DNA of 64,000 nucleotides from Escherichia coli (GTDB lineage Bacteria; Pseudomonadota; Gammaproteobacteria; Enterobacterales; Enterobacteriaceae): NCBI RefSeq assembly GCF_003018255.1, contig NZ_CP027440.1; one strand, 5' to 3'. Shown piece by piece: positions 27,478 to 37,529 of this stretch (position 1 is its first letter; each line of letters starts with the position of its first letter). The notes under the pieces were generated by a model. It saw only the letters and a program-made list of their open reading frames with translations, ran no database searches and was not told where the DNA came from. The position numbers and the translations under genes were made by a program.

Positions 27478-29377
27478 TATGATGGTTGCCGTTTCGGTTG
27501 CGCTGCAGCCTCTGGTCAGAGTTGTACCGATGACGGCAGTTGAATGGGCTGATCAAAATTATTATTTGCCTAAAGACTCCTCATACGGTGACGGCGAATG
27601 GAAAACGCTGCCATTCCAGATCGCCATCATGAACAGCATGGGGAATGATCAGATCCGCACTGTTAATCTGATTAAATCTGCCCGTGTTGGCTATACAAAG
27701 ATGTTGCTGGGGGTGGTCGGGTATTTTATTGAGCATAAATCCCGAAACAGTCTGCTTTTTCAGCCCACGGATTCTGCCGCTGAAGATTTTATGAAGTCTC
27801 ACGTGGAGGCGACGATTCGGGACGTGGCATGCCTGAAAGATCTTTCCCCGTGGCTGGGTCGTAAACATCGTGACAATACTCTCACGCTGAAACGCTTTTC
27901 ATCGGGGGTGGGGTTCTGGTGCCTGGGTGGTGCGGCAGCAAAAAACTACCGTGAAAAATCCGTGGACGTGGTCTGCTATGACGAACTTTCCTCGTTCGAG
28001 CCGGATGTCGAAAAAGAGGGCTCGCCAACCCTGCTGGGGGATAAGCGTATTGAGGGGTCGGTGTGGCCAAAATCCATTCGCGGCTCGACGCCTAAAATCA
28101 AAGGCTCCTGCCAGATCGAAAAAGCGGCCAACGAGTCGGCGCATTTCATGCGTTTTTATGTGCCCTGCCCGCACTGTGGGGAGGAGCAGTATCTGAAATT
28201 TGGCGATGAATCCACGCCTTTTGGCCTTAAATGGGAGAAGGACAGCCCCGAAAGCGTTTTCTACCTCTGTGAACATCATGGCTGCGTGATCCATCAGTCT
28301 GAGCTTGACCAGAGCAACGGGCGGTGGATCTGTGAAAATACGGGGATGTGGACCCGTGACGGTCTGACGTTTTTCAGCGCCGCGGATAATGAAATTCCGC
28401 CGCCGCGCTCCATCACGTTCCACATCTGGACGGCGTACAGTCCGTTCACCACCTGGGTACAGATAGTCTATGACTGGCTGGATGCACTGAAAGATCCCAA
28501 CGGCGTGAAAACCTTTGTGAACACCACGCTGGGCGAGACCTGGGAAGAGGCCGTGGGCGAAAAACTCGATCACCAGGTACTGATGGATAAGGTTGTGCGT
28601 TACACGGCGGCGGTGCCTGCCCGGGTGGTTTATCTGACGGCGGGCATTGACTCGCAGCGAAACCGTTTTGAGATGTATGTCTGGGGATGGGCACCGGGAG
28701 AGGAAGCCTTTCTGGTGGATAAAATCATCATTATGGGGCGTCCCGATGAGGAAGAGACGCTGTTACGTGTGGATGCGGTGATCAACAAAAAATACCGTCA
28801 TGCAGACGGAACCGAAATGACCATTTCCCGTGTCTGCTGGGACACCGGGGGGATCGATGGCGAAATCGTTTATCAGCGGTCAAAAAAACACGGTGTTTTC
28901 CGGGTGCTGCCGGTAAAAGGCGCATCTGTCTATGGCAAGCCGGTGATCACCATGCCAAAAAACCGCAATCAGCGGGGCGTGTATCTGTGTGAAGTGGGGA
29001 CGGACACCGCAAAAGAAATTCTCTATGCCCGTATGAAAGCCGATCCCACGCCTGCGGATGAAGCCACGTCGTATGCCATCCGTTTTCCTGATGATCCGGA
29101 GATTTTTTCGCAGACAGAGGCGCAGCAACTGGTGGCGGAAGAGCTGGTGGAGAAGTGGGAAAAAGGAAAGATGCGTCTGTTGTGGGATAACAAAAAGCGG
29201 CGTAACGAAGCGCTGGACTGCCTGGTGTATGCCTACGCGGCATTACGTGTGTCCGTGCAACGCTGGCAGCTTGATCTGGCTGTACTGGCAAAATCCCGGG
29301 AAGAAGAGACGACCCGGCCAACCCTGAAAGAACTGGCAGCGAAGCTGTCCGGAGGAGTGAATGGTTACAGTCGCTGA
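27449..29377 (+). CDS. terminase large subunit (gpA-like)
   Basis: Strong full-length similarity to lambda gpA; start MNISEQQLNN overlaps the Nu1 3' end as in lambda. Confidence 0.95.
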   Translation: MNISEQQLNNMMVAVSVALQPLVRVVPMTAVEWADQNYYLPKDSSYGDGEWKTLPFQIAIMNSMGNDQIRTVNLIKSARVGYTKMLLGVVGYFIEHKSRNSLLFQPTDSAAEDFMKSHVEATIRDVACLKDLSPWLGRKHRDNTLTLKRFSSGVGFWCLGGAAAKNYREKSVDVVCYDELSSFEPDVEKEGSPTLLGDKRIEGSVWPKSIRGSTPKIKGSCQIEKAANESAHFMRFYVPCPHCGEEQYLKFGDESTPFGLKWEKDSPESVFYLCEHHGCVIHQSELDQSNGRWICENTGMWTRDGLTFFSAADNEIPPPRSITFHIWTAYSPFTTWVQIVYDWLDALKDPNGVKTFVNTTLGETWEEAVGEKLDHQVLMDKVVRYTAAVPARVVYLTAGIDSQRNRFEMYVWGWAPGEEAFLVDKIIIMGRPDEEETLLRVDAVINKKYRHADGTEMTISRVCWDTGGIDGEIVYQRSKKHGVFRVLPVKGASVYGKPVITMPKNRNQRGVYLCEVGTDTAKEILYARMKADPTPADEATSYAIRFPDDPEIFSQTEAQQLVAEELVEKWEKGKMRLLWDNKKRRNEALDCLVYAYAALRVSVQRWQLDLAVLAKSREEETTRPTLKELAAKLSGGVNGYSR

Positions 29378-29567
29378 ACTGCAGGCGCTGCGTCAGGCGC
29401 GCCTTGATTTATTAACCGGTAAACGGGTGGTGTCTGTCCAGAAAGATGGTCGCAGAATTGAATATACGGCGGCTTCTCTGGATGAGCTTAACCGTGCGAT
29501 CAATGATGCGGAGTCGGTACTGGGGACAACCCGCCGTCGCCGTCGTCCGCTGGGAGTGAGGTTATGA
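29361..29567 (+). CDS. head-tail joining protein gpW-like
   Basis: 68 aa; LTGKRVVSVQKDGRRIEYTAAS matches lambda W. Confidence 0.85.
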   Translation: MVTVAELQALRQARLDLLTGKRVVSVQKDGRRIEYTAASLDELNRAINDAESVLGTTRRRRRPLGVRL

Positions 29568-31156
29568 AACGAACGCCTGTCCTGATTGATGTGAACGGCG
29601 TTCCGCTTCGGGAGAGCCTCAGCTACCACGGGGGCGGTGCAGGATTTGGCGGGCAAATGGCGGAGTGGTTGCCACCCTCGCAGAGTGCCGATGCGGCCCT
29701 GCTGCCCGCGTTGCGTCTGGGGAATGCCCGTGCAGATGATCTGGTGCGCAATAACGGGATAGCGGCTAATGCGGTGGCCCTGCATAAGGATCATATTGTC
29801 GGGCATATGTTTCTGATCAGCTACCGTCCGAACTGGCGCTGGCTGGGGATGCGGGAGACTGCGGCAAAAAGTTTTGTCGATGAGGTGGAGGCGGCCTGGT
29901 CGGAATACGCAGAAGGGATGTTTGGCGAGATCGACGTGGAAGGGAAACGCACGTTTACGGAATTTATCCGTGAAGGTGTGGGCGTTCATGCCTTTAACGG
30001 CGAAATCTTTGTGCAGCCGGTCTGGGATACGGAGAGCACGCAGCTGTTTCGTACGCGTTTTAAAGCCGTGAGTCCGAAACGGGTGGACACGCCAGGGCAC
30101 GGTATGGGGAACCGCTTTCTGCGGGCCGGTGTGGAGGTCGATCGATATGGCCGTGCCGTTGCGTACCATATCTGTGAGGATGATTTTCCGTTCTCCGGGA
30201 GTGGACGATGGGAACGGATCCCGCGTGAACTTCCCACCGGGCGTCCGGCCATGCTGCATATTTTCGAGCCGGTGGAGGACGGGCAGACCCGTGGAGCCAA
30301 TCAGTTTTACAGCGTCATGGAACGGCTGAAGATGCTGGATTCCCTGCAGGCAACACAGCTTCAGACGGCCATAGTGAAGGCGATGTATGCAGCGACGATT
30401 GAAAGTGAACTTGATACCGAAAAGGCCTTTGAATATATCGCGGGGGCACCGCAGGGTCAGCAGGATAATCCGCTTATTTATATTCTGGAGAAGTTCTCCA
30501 GCTGGTATGACACGAATCATGTGACGCTGGGCGGTGCCAAAATTCCGCACCTTTTCCCCGGTGATGATCTGAAACTGCAGACCGCGCAGGATTCAGACAA
30601 TGGATTTTCGGCGCTTGAACAGGCGCTGCTGCGGTATATCGCCGCCGGTCTTGGCGTTTCCTACGAACAGTTGTCCCGTGATTACTCGAAGGTCAGTTAT
30701 TCAAGTGCCCGCGCCTCCGCCAATGAGTCGTGGCGCTATTTTATGGGACGACGAAAATTTATTGCGGCCCGGCTGGCCACGCAGATGTTTTCCTGCTGGC
30801 TGGAAGAGGCACTTCTTCGGGGGATTATCCGTCCGCCACGGGCACGTTTTGATTTTTATCAGGCGCGATCAGCCTGGTCACGGGCAGAGTGGATTGGTGC
30901 CGGAAGAATGGCCATTGACGGGCTCAAGGAGGTCCAGGAATCGGTGATGCGTATTGATTCCGGACTGAGCACCTATGAGAAAGAGCTGGCGCTGATGGGT
31001 GAGGATTATCAGGACATTTTCCGCCAGCAGGTCAGGGAATCCGCAGAGCGGGAAAAGGCCGGACTCTCACGTCCGGTGTGGATAGCGCAGGCGTATCAGC
31101 AGCAGATAGCGGAGAGCCGCAGGCCGGAAGAGGAGACAACACCACGTGAGACGTAA
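29564..31156 (+). CDS. portal protein gpB-like
   Basis: 530 aa in the lambda B position, translationally coupled to W. Confidence 0.9.
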   Translation: MKRTPVLIDVNGVPLRESLSYHGGGAGFGGQMAEWLPPSQSADAALLPALRLGNARADDLVRNNGIAANAVALHKDHIVGHMFLISYRPNWRWLGMRETAAKSFVDEVEAAWSEYAEGMFGEIDVEGKRTFTEFIREGVGVHAFNGEIFVQPVWDTESTQLFRTRFKAVSPKRVDTPGHGMGNRFLRAGVEVDRYGRAVAYHICEDDFPFSGSGRWERIPRELPTGRPAMLHIFEPVEDGQTRGANQFYSVMERLKMLDSLQATQLQTAIVKAMYAATIESELDTEKAFEYIAGAPQGQQDNPLIYILEKFSSWYDTNHVTLGGAKIPHLFPGDDLKLQTAQDSDNGFSALEQALLRYIAAGLGVSYEQLSRDYSKVSYSSARASANESWRYFMGRRKFIAARLATQMFSCWLEEALLRGIIRPPRARFDFYQARSAWSRAEWIGAGRMAIDGLKEVQESVMRIDSGLSTYEKELALMGEDYQDIFRQQVRESAEREKAGLSRPVWIAQAYQQQIAESRRPEEETTPRET

Positions 31157-32651
31157 TCTTTCACACATTATTGCCGCAGCGTTCAATGAACCGCTGCTTC
31201 TGGAGCCCGCCTATGCGCGGGTTTTCTTTTGCGCGCTGGGGCGCGAGATGGGGGCAGCAAGTCTTTCGGTTCCACAACAGCAGGTGCAGCTTGATGCTCC
31301 CGGAATGCTGGCTGAAACGGACGAGTACATGGCCGGAGGTAAACGACCGGCCCGTGTTTACCGGGTGGTGAACGGTATTGCTGTACTGCCGGTGACCGGC
31401 ACGCTGGTGCACCGGCTGGGCGGTATGCGGCCATTTTCCGGAATGACAGGCTATGACGGCATTGTCGCCTGTCTTCAGCAGGCAATGGCAGATAGCCAGG
31501 TGCGGGGCGTACTGCTGGACATTGACAGTCCGGGCGGGCAGGCCGCCGGCGCGTTTGACTGCGCTGACATGATTTACCGCCTTCGTCAGCAGAAGCCGGT
31601 CTGGGCACTGTGCAATGACACGGCCTGTTCTGCAGCCATGCTGCTGGCGTCGGCCTGCTCCCGACGGCTGGTTACCCAGACATCCCGTATCGGCTCCATT
31701 GGCGTGATGATGAGCCATGTCAGCTATGCCGGTCATCTGGCGCAGGCCGGTGTGGATATCACGCTGATTTATGCCGGGGCGCACAAGGTGGATGGCAATC
31801 AGTTTGAAGCGTTGCCGGCAGAGGTTCGCCAGGACATGCAGCAGCGGATTGATGCGGCGCGCCGGATGTTTGCCGAAAAAGTGGCGATGTATACCGGGTT
31901 GTCTGTGGATGCGGTCACGGGAACAGAGGCCGCCGTTTTTGAAGGTCAGTCCGGCATTGAGGCCGGGCTGGCGGATGAATTAATCAATGCGTCGGATGCC
32001 ATCAGTGTGATGGCCACGGCGCTGAACAGTAATGTCAGAGGAGGCAGTATGCCGCAATTAACTGCAACGGAAGCCGCCGTGCAGGAGAACCAGCGAGTGA
32101 TGGGGATCCTGACATGCCAGGAAGCGAAAGGACGTGAACAGCTTGCCACGATGCTGGCAGGACAACAGGGCATGAGCATTGAACAGGCCCGGGCGATTCT
32201 GGCCGCGGCAGCACCACAGCAGCCGGTGGCATCCACGCAGAGTGAAGCCGATCGCATTATGGCGTGTGAAGAAGCGAACGGTCGTGAACAACTGGCGGCA
32301 ACGCTGGCGGCGATGCCGGAGATGACGGTGGAAAAAGCCCGCCCGATCCTGGCTGCTTCACCGCAGGCGGATGCAGGCCCCTCACTTCGTGATCAGATTA
32401 TGGCTCTGAGTGAGGCGAAAGGGGCTGAGGCGCTGGCTGAAAAACTGGCGGCGTTTCCCGGAATGACTGTGGAGTCTGCCCGAGACATGCTGGCCTCATC
32501 GTCGGATAAAGCAGAACCGGTCTCTGCATCCACAACCGCCCTGTTTGAACGGTTCATGGCGAACCATTCACCGGCAGCGGTGCAGGGTGGCGTGTCACAG
32601 GCGTCAGCAGACGGTGATGCGGACGTGAAAATGCTCATGGCCATGCCATGA
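31146..32651 (+). CDS. prohead protease/scaffold (gpC/Nu3-like, S49 ClpP-like)
   Basis: 501 aa; C-terminal part has three tandem ~37-aa repeats (EAKGREQLATMLA..., EANGREQLAATLA..., EAKGAEALAEKLA...). Confidence 0.85.
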   Translation: MRRNLSHIIAAAFNEPLLLEPAYARVFFCALGREMGAASLSVPQQQVQLDAPGMLAETDEYMAGGKRPARVYRVVNGIAVLPVTGTLVHRLGGMRPFSGMTGYDGIVACLQQAMADSQVRGVLLDIDSPGGQAAGAFDCADMIYRLRQQKPVWALCNDTACSAAMLLASACSRRLVTQTSRIGSIGVMMSHVSYAGHLAQAGVDITLIYAGAHKVDGNQFEALPAEVRQDMQQRIDAARRMFAEKVAMYTGLSVDAVTGTEAAVFEGQSGIEAGLADELINASDAISVMATALNSNVRGGSMPQLTATEAAVQENQRVMGILTCQEAKGREQLATMLAGQQGMSIEQARAILAAAAPQQPVASTQSEADRIMACEEANGREQLAATLAAMPEMTVEKARPILAASPQADAGPSLRDQIMALSEAKGAEALAEKLAAFPGMTVESARDMLASSSDKAEPVSASTTALFERFMANHSPAAVQGGVSQASADGDADVKMLMAMP

Positions 32652-32687
32652 AGTCAGTGCTGACCATCAATACGAGGTTTTAACAAT

Positions 32688-33035
32688 ATGGTGACGAAAA
32701 CCATCACTGAACAGCGTGCGGAAGTACGTATTTTTGCCGGTAATGATCCGGCTCACACTGCTACAGGCAGCAGCGGGATTTCTTCTGCAACACCGGCTCT
32801 GACGCCCCTGATGCTGGATGAAGCCAGCGGGAAACTGGTGGTCTGGGACGGACAGAAAGCCGGTAGTGCGGTTGGCATACTGGTACTGCCGCTTGAAGGC
32901 ACAGAGACGGTGCTGACCTATTACAAGTCGGGGACCTTTGCGACGGAGGCAATCCACTGGCCTGAACGTGTGGATGAACACAAAAAGGCCAACGCCTTTG
33001 TCGGCACAGCCCTGAGTCACGCGGCGCTGCCGTAA
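32688..33035 (+). CDS. head decoration protein gpD-like
   Basis: 115 aa; DPAHTAT...TPLMLD...KLVVWDG...AVGIL motifs as in lambda D. Confidence 0.9.
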   Translation: MVTKTITEQRAEVRIFAGNDPAHTATGSSGISSATPALTPLMLDEASGKLVVWDGQKAGSAVGILVLPLEGTETVLTYYKSGTFATEAIHWPERVDEHKKANAFVGTALSHAALP

Positions 33036-33092
33036 CACGTTATCAGGCCGCCGCGTTGGCCTGACTGATTTCTGAATGAAAGGAACTGATTT

Positions 33093-34121
33093 ATGGGATT
33101 GTTTACGACCCGCCAGTTACTCGGTTATACCGAACAAAAAGTGAAATTTCGTGCGCTGTTTCTGGAACTGTTTTTCCGCCGTACGGTGAATTTCCACACC
33201 GAAGAGGTGATGCTGGACAAAATTACCGGAAAAACGCCGGTGGCAGCCTATGTATCCCCGGTTGTTGAAGGAAAAGTGCTGCGTCATCGTGGTGGTGAAA
33301 CCCGCGTGTTACGTCCGGGCTACGTCAAGCCGAAACACGAATTTAATTACCAGCAGGCGGTGGAGCGCCTTCCAGGTGAAGATCCGGCGCAGCTGAACGA
33401 CCCGGCCTACCGTCGTCTGCGTATCATCACCGATAACCTCAAACAGGAAGAGCATGCCATTGTCCAGGTGGAAGAAATGCAGGCGGTGAATGCCGTGCTG
33501 TATGGCAAATACACCATGGAAGGGGAGCAGTTTGATACTGTCGAGGTGGATTTCGGGCGCTCTGAAGGAAATAACATTGAGCAGGCTGATGGTAAAAAAT
33601 GGTCTGAGCAGGACCGTGATACGTTTGATCCGACGCATGATATTGACCTCTACTGCGATCAGGCCAGCGGTCTTGTGAATATCGCCATTATGGACGGTAC
33701 GGTCTGGCGTCTGCTGAATGGCTTTAAGCTGTTCCGCGAAAAACTGGATACCCGTCGCGGCTCAAATTCACAACTCGAAACGGCAGTGAAAGACCTGGGA
33801 GCGGTGGTGTCTTTCAAAGGGTATTACGGCGATCTGGCTATTGTGGTGGCGAAAACGTCTTATGTGGCAGAGGACGGTACCGAAAAACGTTATCTGCCAG
33901 AGGGCACGCTGGTCCTGGGAAATACGTCAGCAGAGGGGATCCGTTGTTACGGTGCCATTCAGGATGCACAGGCGTTGTCCGAAGGTGTGGTGGCTTCTTC
34001 CCGTTACCCGAAACACTGGCTGACCGTGGGCGATCCGGCCCGTGAATTCACCATGACGCAGTCTGCACCGCTGATGGTGCTGCCGGAACCGGATGAGTTT
34101 GTGGTGGTACAGGTGAAATAA
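33093..34121 (+). CDS. major capsid protein gpE-like
   Basis: 342 aa; extensive similarity to lambda E (...RGSNSQLETAVKDLG..., ...TGDPAREFTMTQSAPLM...). Confidence 0.95.
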   Translation: MGLFTTRQLLGYTEQKVKFRALFLELFFRRTVNFHTEEVMLDKITGKTPVAAYVSPVVEGKVLRHRGGETRVLRPGYVKPKHEFNYQQAVERLPGEDPAQLNDPAYRRLRIITDNLKQEEHAIVQVEEMQAVNAVLYGKYTMEGEQFDTVEVDFGRSEGNNIEQADGKKWSEQDRDTFDPTHDIDLYCDQASGLVNIAIMDGTVWRLLNGFKLFREKLDTRRGSNSQLETAVKDLGAVVSFKGYYGDLAIVVAKTSYVAEDGTEKRYLPEGTLVLGNTSAEGIRCYGAIQDAQALSEGVVASSRYPKHWLTVGDPAREFTMTQSAPLMVLPEPDEFVVVQVK

Positions 34122-34172
34122 TCCGGGAGCGGGGGCGAAATGCCCCCGTGTCTTTTTTCACAGGGGGCTGAG

Positions 34173-34556
34173 ATGGCAACAAAAGAAGAAAATCTGAATC
34201 GTCTTCGTCAACTGGCTGGTCTGCTGGGGCGCGAGGCGGATATGTCGGGGAGTGCTGCGGATATTGCTCAGCGTGTGTCTGAGTGGGAAGAGGAGCTTGC
34301 TGCTTCCCGGGAGGACATTATGCACTCTGATGAGAGCGGGTCTGACCAAAATTACACAGACGATGGTGAGCCGTTGAACAACACGGATGCTCCGGATGAT
34401 GTTAAAGCCGTCCGTGTGCGCAAGTGCCTGCATGTGATGGGGTATTGCCCGGAGACAGGCCGTCCTGTTGAGCTTACGTTCCGGGGGATGCGTGTTCTGG
34501 TGCCATCATCACTGGCAATGGCCATGATACAGCACGGAACGGCTGAGTATGCGTGA
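34173..34556 (+). CDS. DNA packaging protein FI-like
   Basis: ATG 34173 with an AGGGGG Shine-Dalgarno; position between E and FII; acidic middle region. Confidence 0.65.
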   Translation: MATKEENLNRLRQLAGLLGREADMSGSAADIAQRVSEWEEELAASREDIMHSDESGSDQNYTDDGEPLNNTDAPDDVKAVRVRKCLHVMGYCPETGRPVELTFRGMRVLVPSSLAMAMIQHGTAEYA

Positions 34557-34902
34557 TTTTCAGAATGCCTTTGATGCCGCCCTTGCGGGGGTGGACAGCA
34601 CGATTGTTGAAGTGATGGGGATCCGTGCGCAGTTCACCTCCGGAGCACAGCGTGGCGGTGAAGTTCTGGGGGTTTTTGACGATCCGGAGTCGCTGGGTTT
34701 TGCCGGTGGCGGGGTCCGTATTGAAGGAAGCAGCCCGTCATTATTTGTGCGGACGGATACGGTCCGTGCCGTGCGGCGTGGTGACACGCTGACCATTAAC
34801 GGCGGGATGTTCTGGGTGGATCGTGTTTCTCCGGATGACGGGGGCAGCTGTTATCTCTGGCTCAACCGTGGGCAACCACCCGCTGTTAACCGGCGACGAT
34901 AA
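34549..34902 (+). CDS. head completion protein FII-like
   Basis: 117 aa; ...FWVDRVSPDDGGSCYLWLNRGQPPAVNRRR matches the lambda FII C-terminus. Confidence 0.85.
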   Translation: MRDFQNAFDAALAGVDSTIVEVMGIRAQFTSGAQRGGEVLGVFDDPESLGFAGGGVRIEGSSPSLFVRTDTVRAVRRGDTLTINGGMFWVDRVSPDDGGSCYLWLNRGQPPAVNRRR

Positions 34903-34917
34903 ACGCAGGGTGAAATT

Positions 34918-35493
34918 ATGGCGATAAAAGGGCTTGATCAGGCGATTGACAATCTGAGCCGGGTTCGTAAAAACGCCATTCCGGCGGCTTCAGCAATGAC
35001 GATTAACCGCGTGGCCACAACGGCGATTAATCAGTCTTCATCACAGGTTGCCCGGGAGACAAAGGTACGCCGGAAACTGGTTAAGGAACGGTCCAGACTG
35101 AAACGGGCCACGGTCAGAAATCCGAATGCAAAAATTATCGTTAACCGCGGTGATCTCCCTGTGATTAAGCTGGGGATCAGAATGCTGGGGCGTCGTCCGG
35201 ACAGCATACTCAAAGCCGGTCAGCATCGTTATCAGCGGGCATTTATCCAGCGATTAAATAATGGGCGCTGGCATGTTATGCAACGTCTTCCCGAAGCCAG
35301 ATATGAGAAGGGCTATGACGACAAGGGCAGGAAAAAGCGTAATCGCCTTCCCATTCAGGTGGTGAAAATCCCGATGGCGGCCCCACTGAAACAGGCGTTT
35401 GATGAAAACGTTGACCGTATCCGTCGTGAACGCCTGCCCAAAGAACTGGCATATGCGCTGAAACAACAACTGAGGATCGCGATAAAACGATGA
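34918..35493 (+). CDS. tail completion protein gpZ-like
   Basis: 191 aa in the lambda Z position. Confidence 0.8.
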   Translation: MAIKGLDQAIDNLSRVRKNAIPAASAMTINRVATTAINQSSSQVARETKVRRKLVKERSRLKRATVRNPNAKIIVNRGDLPVIKLGIRMLGRRPDSILKAGQHRYQRAFIQRLNNGRWHVMQRLPEARYEKGYDDKGRKKRNRLPIQVVKIPMAAPLKQAFDENVDRIRRERLPKELAYALKQQLRIAIKR

Positions 35494-35885
35494 AACACAC
35501 TGATATTCGTGCCGCAGTGCTGGATGCACTCGAGCAGCATGAACACGGGGCGACGCTGTTTGATGGTCGCCCCGTTGTTTTTGACGAAGAGGATTTTCCC
35601 GCGATCGCGGTTTATCTGACGGATGCAGAGTATACCGGTGAAGAGCTGGATGCAGATACCTGGCGGGCCACACTGCATATTGAGGTGTTTTTACCGGCAC
35701 AGGTACCGGATTCAGAGCTTGATCTGTGGATGGAAAGCCGGATTTACCCGGCGATAACTGCGATCCCGGCACTGGCGGGCATGATTACCACGATGGTTAC
35801 GCAGGGCTATGAGTATCGTCGTGATGACGATATGGCATTGTGGAGTTCTGCAGATCTGACTTATTCCATTACATACGAGATGTGA
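35490..35885 (+). CDS. tail terminator gpU-like
   Basis: 131 aa, same length and position as lambda U. Confidence 0.85.
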   Translation: MKHTDIRAAVLDALEQHEHGATLFDGRPVVFDEEDFPAIAVYLTDAEYTGEELDADTWRATLHIEVFLPAQVPDSELDLWMESRIYPAITAIPALAGMITTMVTQGYEYRRDDDMALWSSADLTYSITYEM

Positions 35886-35892
35886 GGACGAT

Positions 35893-36642
35893 ATGGCAAC
35901 ACCAAATCCCCTGGAGCCGGTAAAAGGTGCCGGCACCACACTGTGGGTTTACACCGGCAAGGGTGATGCTTATGCAAACCCGTTATCAGACGATGACTGG
36001 CAGCGACTGGCGAAGGTGAAGGATCTGACGCCGGGCGAGATGACGGCAGAATCCTACGATGATAACTACCTGGATGATGAAGACGCGGACTGGACCGCGA
36101 CTGGACAGGGACAGAAATCTGCCGGTGACACCAGTTTTACGCTGGCCTGGAAGCCCGGCGAGAAAGGGCAGCGCGATTTGATTGCCTGGTTTGACAGCAG
36201 TGAGAGCCGGGCCTACAAAATCCGTTTCCCGAATGGCACGGTGGATGTGTTTCGTGGCTGGGTGAGCGCCATTGGTAAAGCGGTGACCGCCAAAGAGGTG
36301 ATCACCCGTACGGTAAAAATCACCAATATCGGTCGTCCGTCGCTGGCGGAAGATCAGGGGGACATCACACCGGTCACCGGTATTACCGTGACGCCACCAA
36401 CGGGCAATGTGGCAAAAGGTCAGAATATCACCCTGACCGTGGCTGTTCAGCCGGAAGGGGCGACAGATAAAACCTTCCGCGCCACGTCGGCGAATCAGAA
36501 TTTTGCGACCATTACCGTGAAAGGGAACACGATCACGGTGAAAGGTGTTGCGGCAGGTAAAGCGCAGATCCCTGTGGTCACCGGCAATGGTGAGTTTGCG
36601 GCGGTGGCGGAGATCACCGTCACGGATGGCGCTGCAGGCTGA
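35893..36642 (+). CDS. major tail tube protein gpV-like with C-terminal Ig-like (Big_2) domain
   Basis: 249 aa in the lambda V position; C-terminal ITVTP...[14 protein letters not shown]g-like signature. Confidence 0.9.
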   Translation: MATPNPLEPVKGAGTTLWVYTGKGDAYANPLSDDDWQRLAKVKDLTPGEMTAESYDDNYLDDEDADWTATGQGQKSAGDTSFTLAWKPGEKGQRDLIAWFDSSESRAYKIRFPNGTVDVFRGWVSAIGKAVTAKEVITRTVKITNIGRPSLAEDQGDITPVTGITVTPPTGNVAKGQNITLTVAVQPEGATDKTFRATSANQNFATITVKGNTITVKGVAAGKAQIPVVTGNGEFAAVAEITVTDGAAG

Positions 36643-36657
36643 GAGGGGAGATAAAGC

Positions 36658-37089
36658 ATGTTTCTGAAAACAGAACAATTTGAATATAACGGTGTGTCTG
36701 TCACGCTTTCTGAGCTGTCTGCGCTGCAGCGTATTGAGCATCTTGCCCTCCTGAAACGGCGGGCAGAAGAGGCTGAAGCCAGCGGCAACCTGCAGGTGAG
36801 TGTGGAAGATCTTGTCAGAACCGGCGCGTTTCTGGTGGCGATGTCCCTGTGGCATAACCATCCACAGAAAACGCAGTCACCGTCAATGAATGAGGCCGTG
36901 ATGAAGATAGAGCAGGAAGTGCTCACCACCTGGCCTGCCGATGCCATTGCCCGGGCGGAAGACGTTGTGTTGTGCCTGTCCGGGATGATCGAAGCTGTTC
37001 GTCCGGATACTGATATTACTGAAGTGGCGAAAAATAACACGCTGACTGATGATGATTTTTCTGCGGGAAAGTCTTCGACGGCGAGCTGA
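36658..37089 (+). CDS. tail assembly chaperone gpG-like
   Basis: 143 aa; slippery heptamer GGGAAAG at 37065-37071 near its 3' end. Confidence 0.85.
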   Translation: MFLKTEQFEYNGVSVTLSELSALQRIEHLALLKRRAEEAEASGNLQVSVEDLVRTGAFLVAMSLWHNHPQKTQSPSMNEAVMKIEQEVLTTWPADAIARAEDVVLCLSGMIEAVRPDTDITEVAKNNTLTDDDFSAGKSSTAS

Positions 37090-37529
37090 ACTTTGCCCTC
37101 AGACTGGCGCGTGAGATGGAGAGACCCGACTGGCGCGCCATGCTTGCCGGGATGACATCCACCGAATATGCCGACTGGCGACGTTTTTACCGCACGCATT
37201 ATTTTCACGATACCCAGCTGGATATGCATTTTTCCGGGCTGACGTACGCCGTACTCAGCCTGTTTTTTTGCGATCCGGATATGCATCCCTCGGATTTCAG
37301 TCTGCTTGTCCCCCGGCGTGAGGAAGCGCAGACGGAGAGGCCGGATGAGGAAGACATGCTGATGCAGAAAGCGGCAGGACTTGCCGGAGGCGTCCGGTTC
37401 GGTGGGGAGGGAGGGGGCGATATTTCACCTTCTGCGGATGTGGTGGATGTCAGCGAGGATGATGTTGCATTAATGATGGCTTCAGCGGGGATTTCCGGAG
37501 GTGTGAGATATGTCCCAGCCGGTTGGTGA
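37065..37529 (+). CDS. T portion of the G-T fusion, reached by -1 programmed frameshift at GGGAAAG (full product 36658..37529)
   Basis: The -1 frame after GGGAAAG reads ...VFDGELNFALRLAREMERPDW..., continuous with track ORF 37116-37529; same heptamer as lambda G-T. Confidence 0.8.
   Translation, partial: GKVFDGELNFALRLAREMERPDWRAMLAGMTSTEYADWRRFYRTHYFHDTQLDMHFSGLTYAVLSLFFCDPDMHPSDFSLLVPRREEAQTERPDEEDMLMQKAAGLAGGVRFGGEGGGDISPSADVVDVSEDDVALMMASAGISGGVRYVPAGW

Noticed and set aside
27899-28573. 224-aa minus-strand ORF (and neighbours 27581-27868, 28446-28694, 28947-29321) inside the terminase large subunit gene
   Set aside because: Antisense to a strongly recognised gpA homologue; Arg/Pro-rich translations typical of GC-rich antisense frames.
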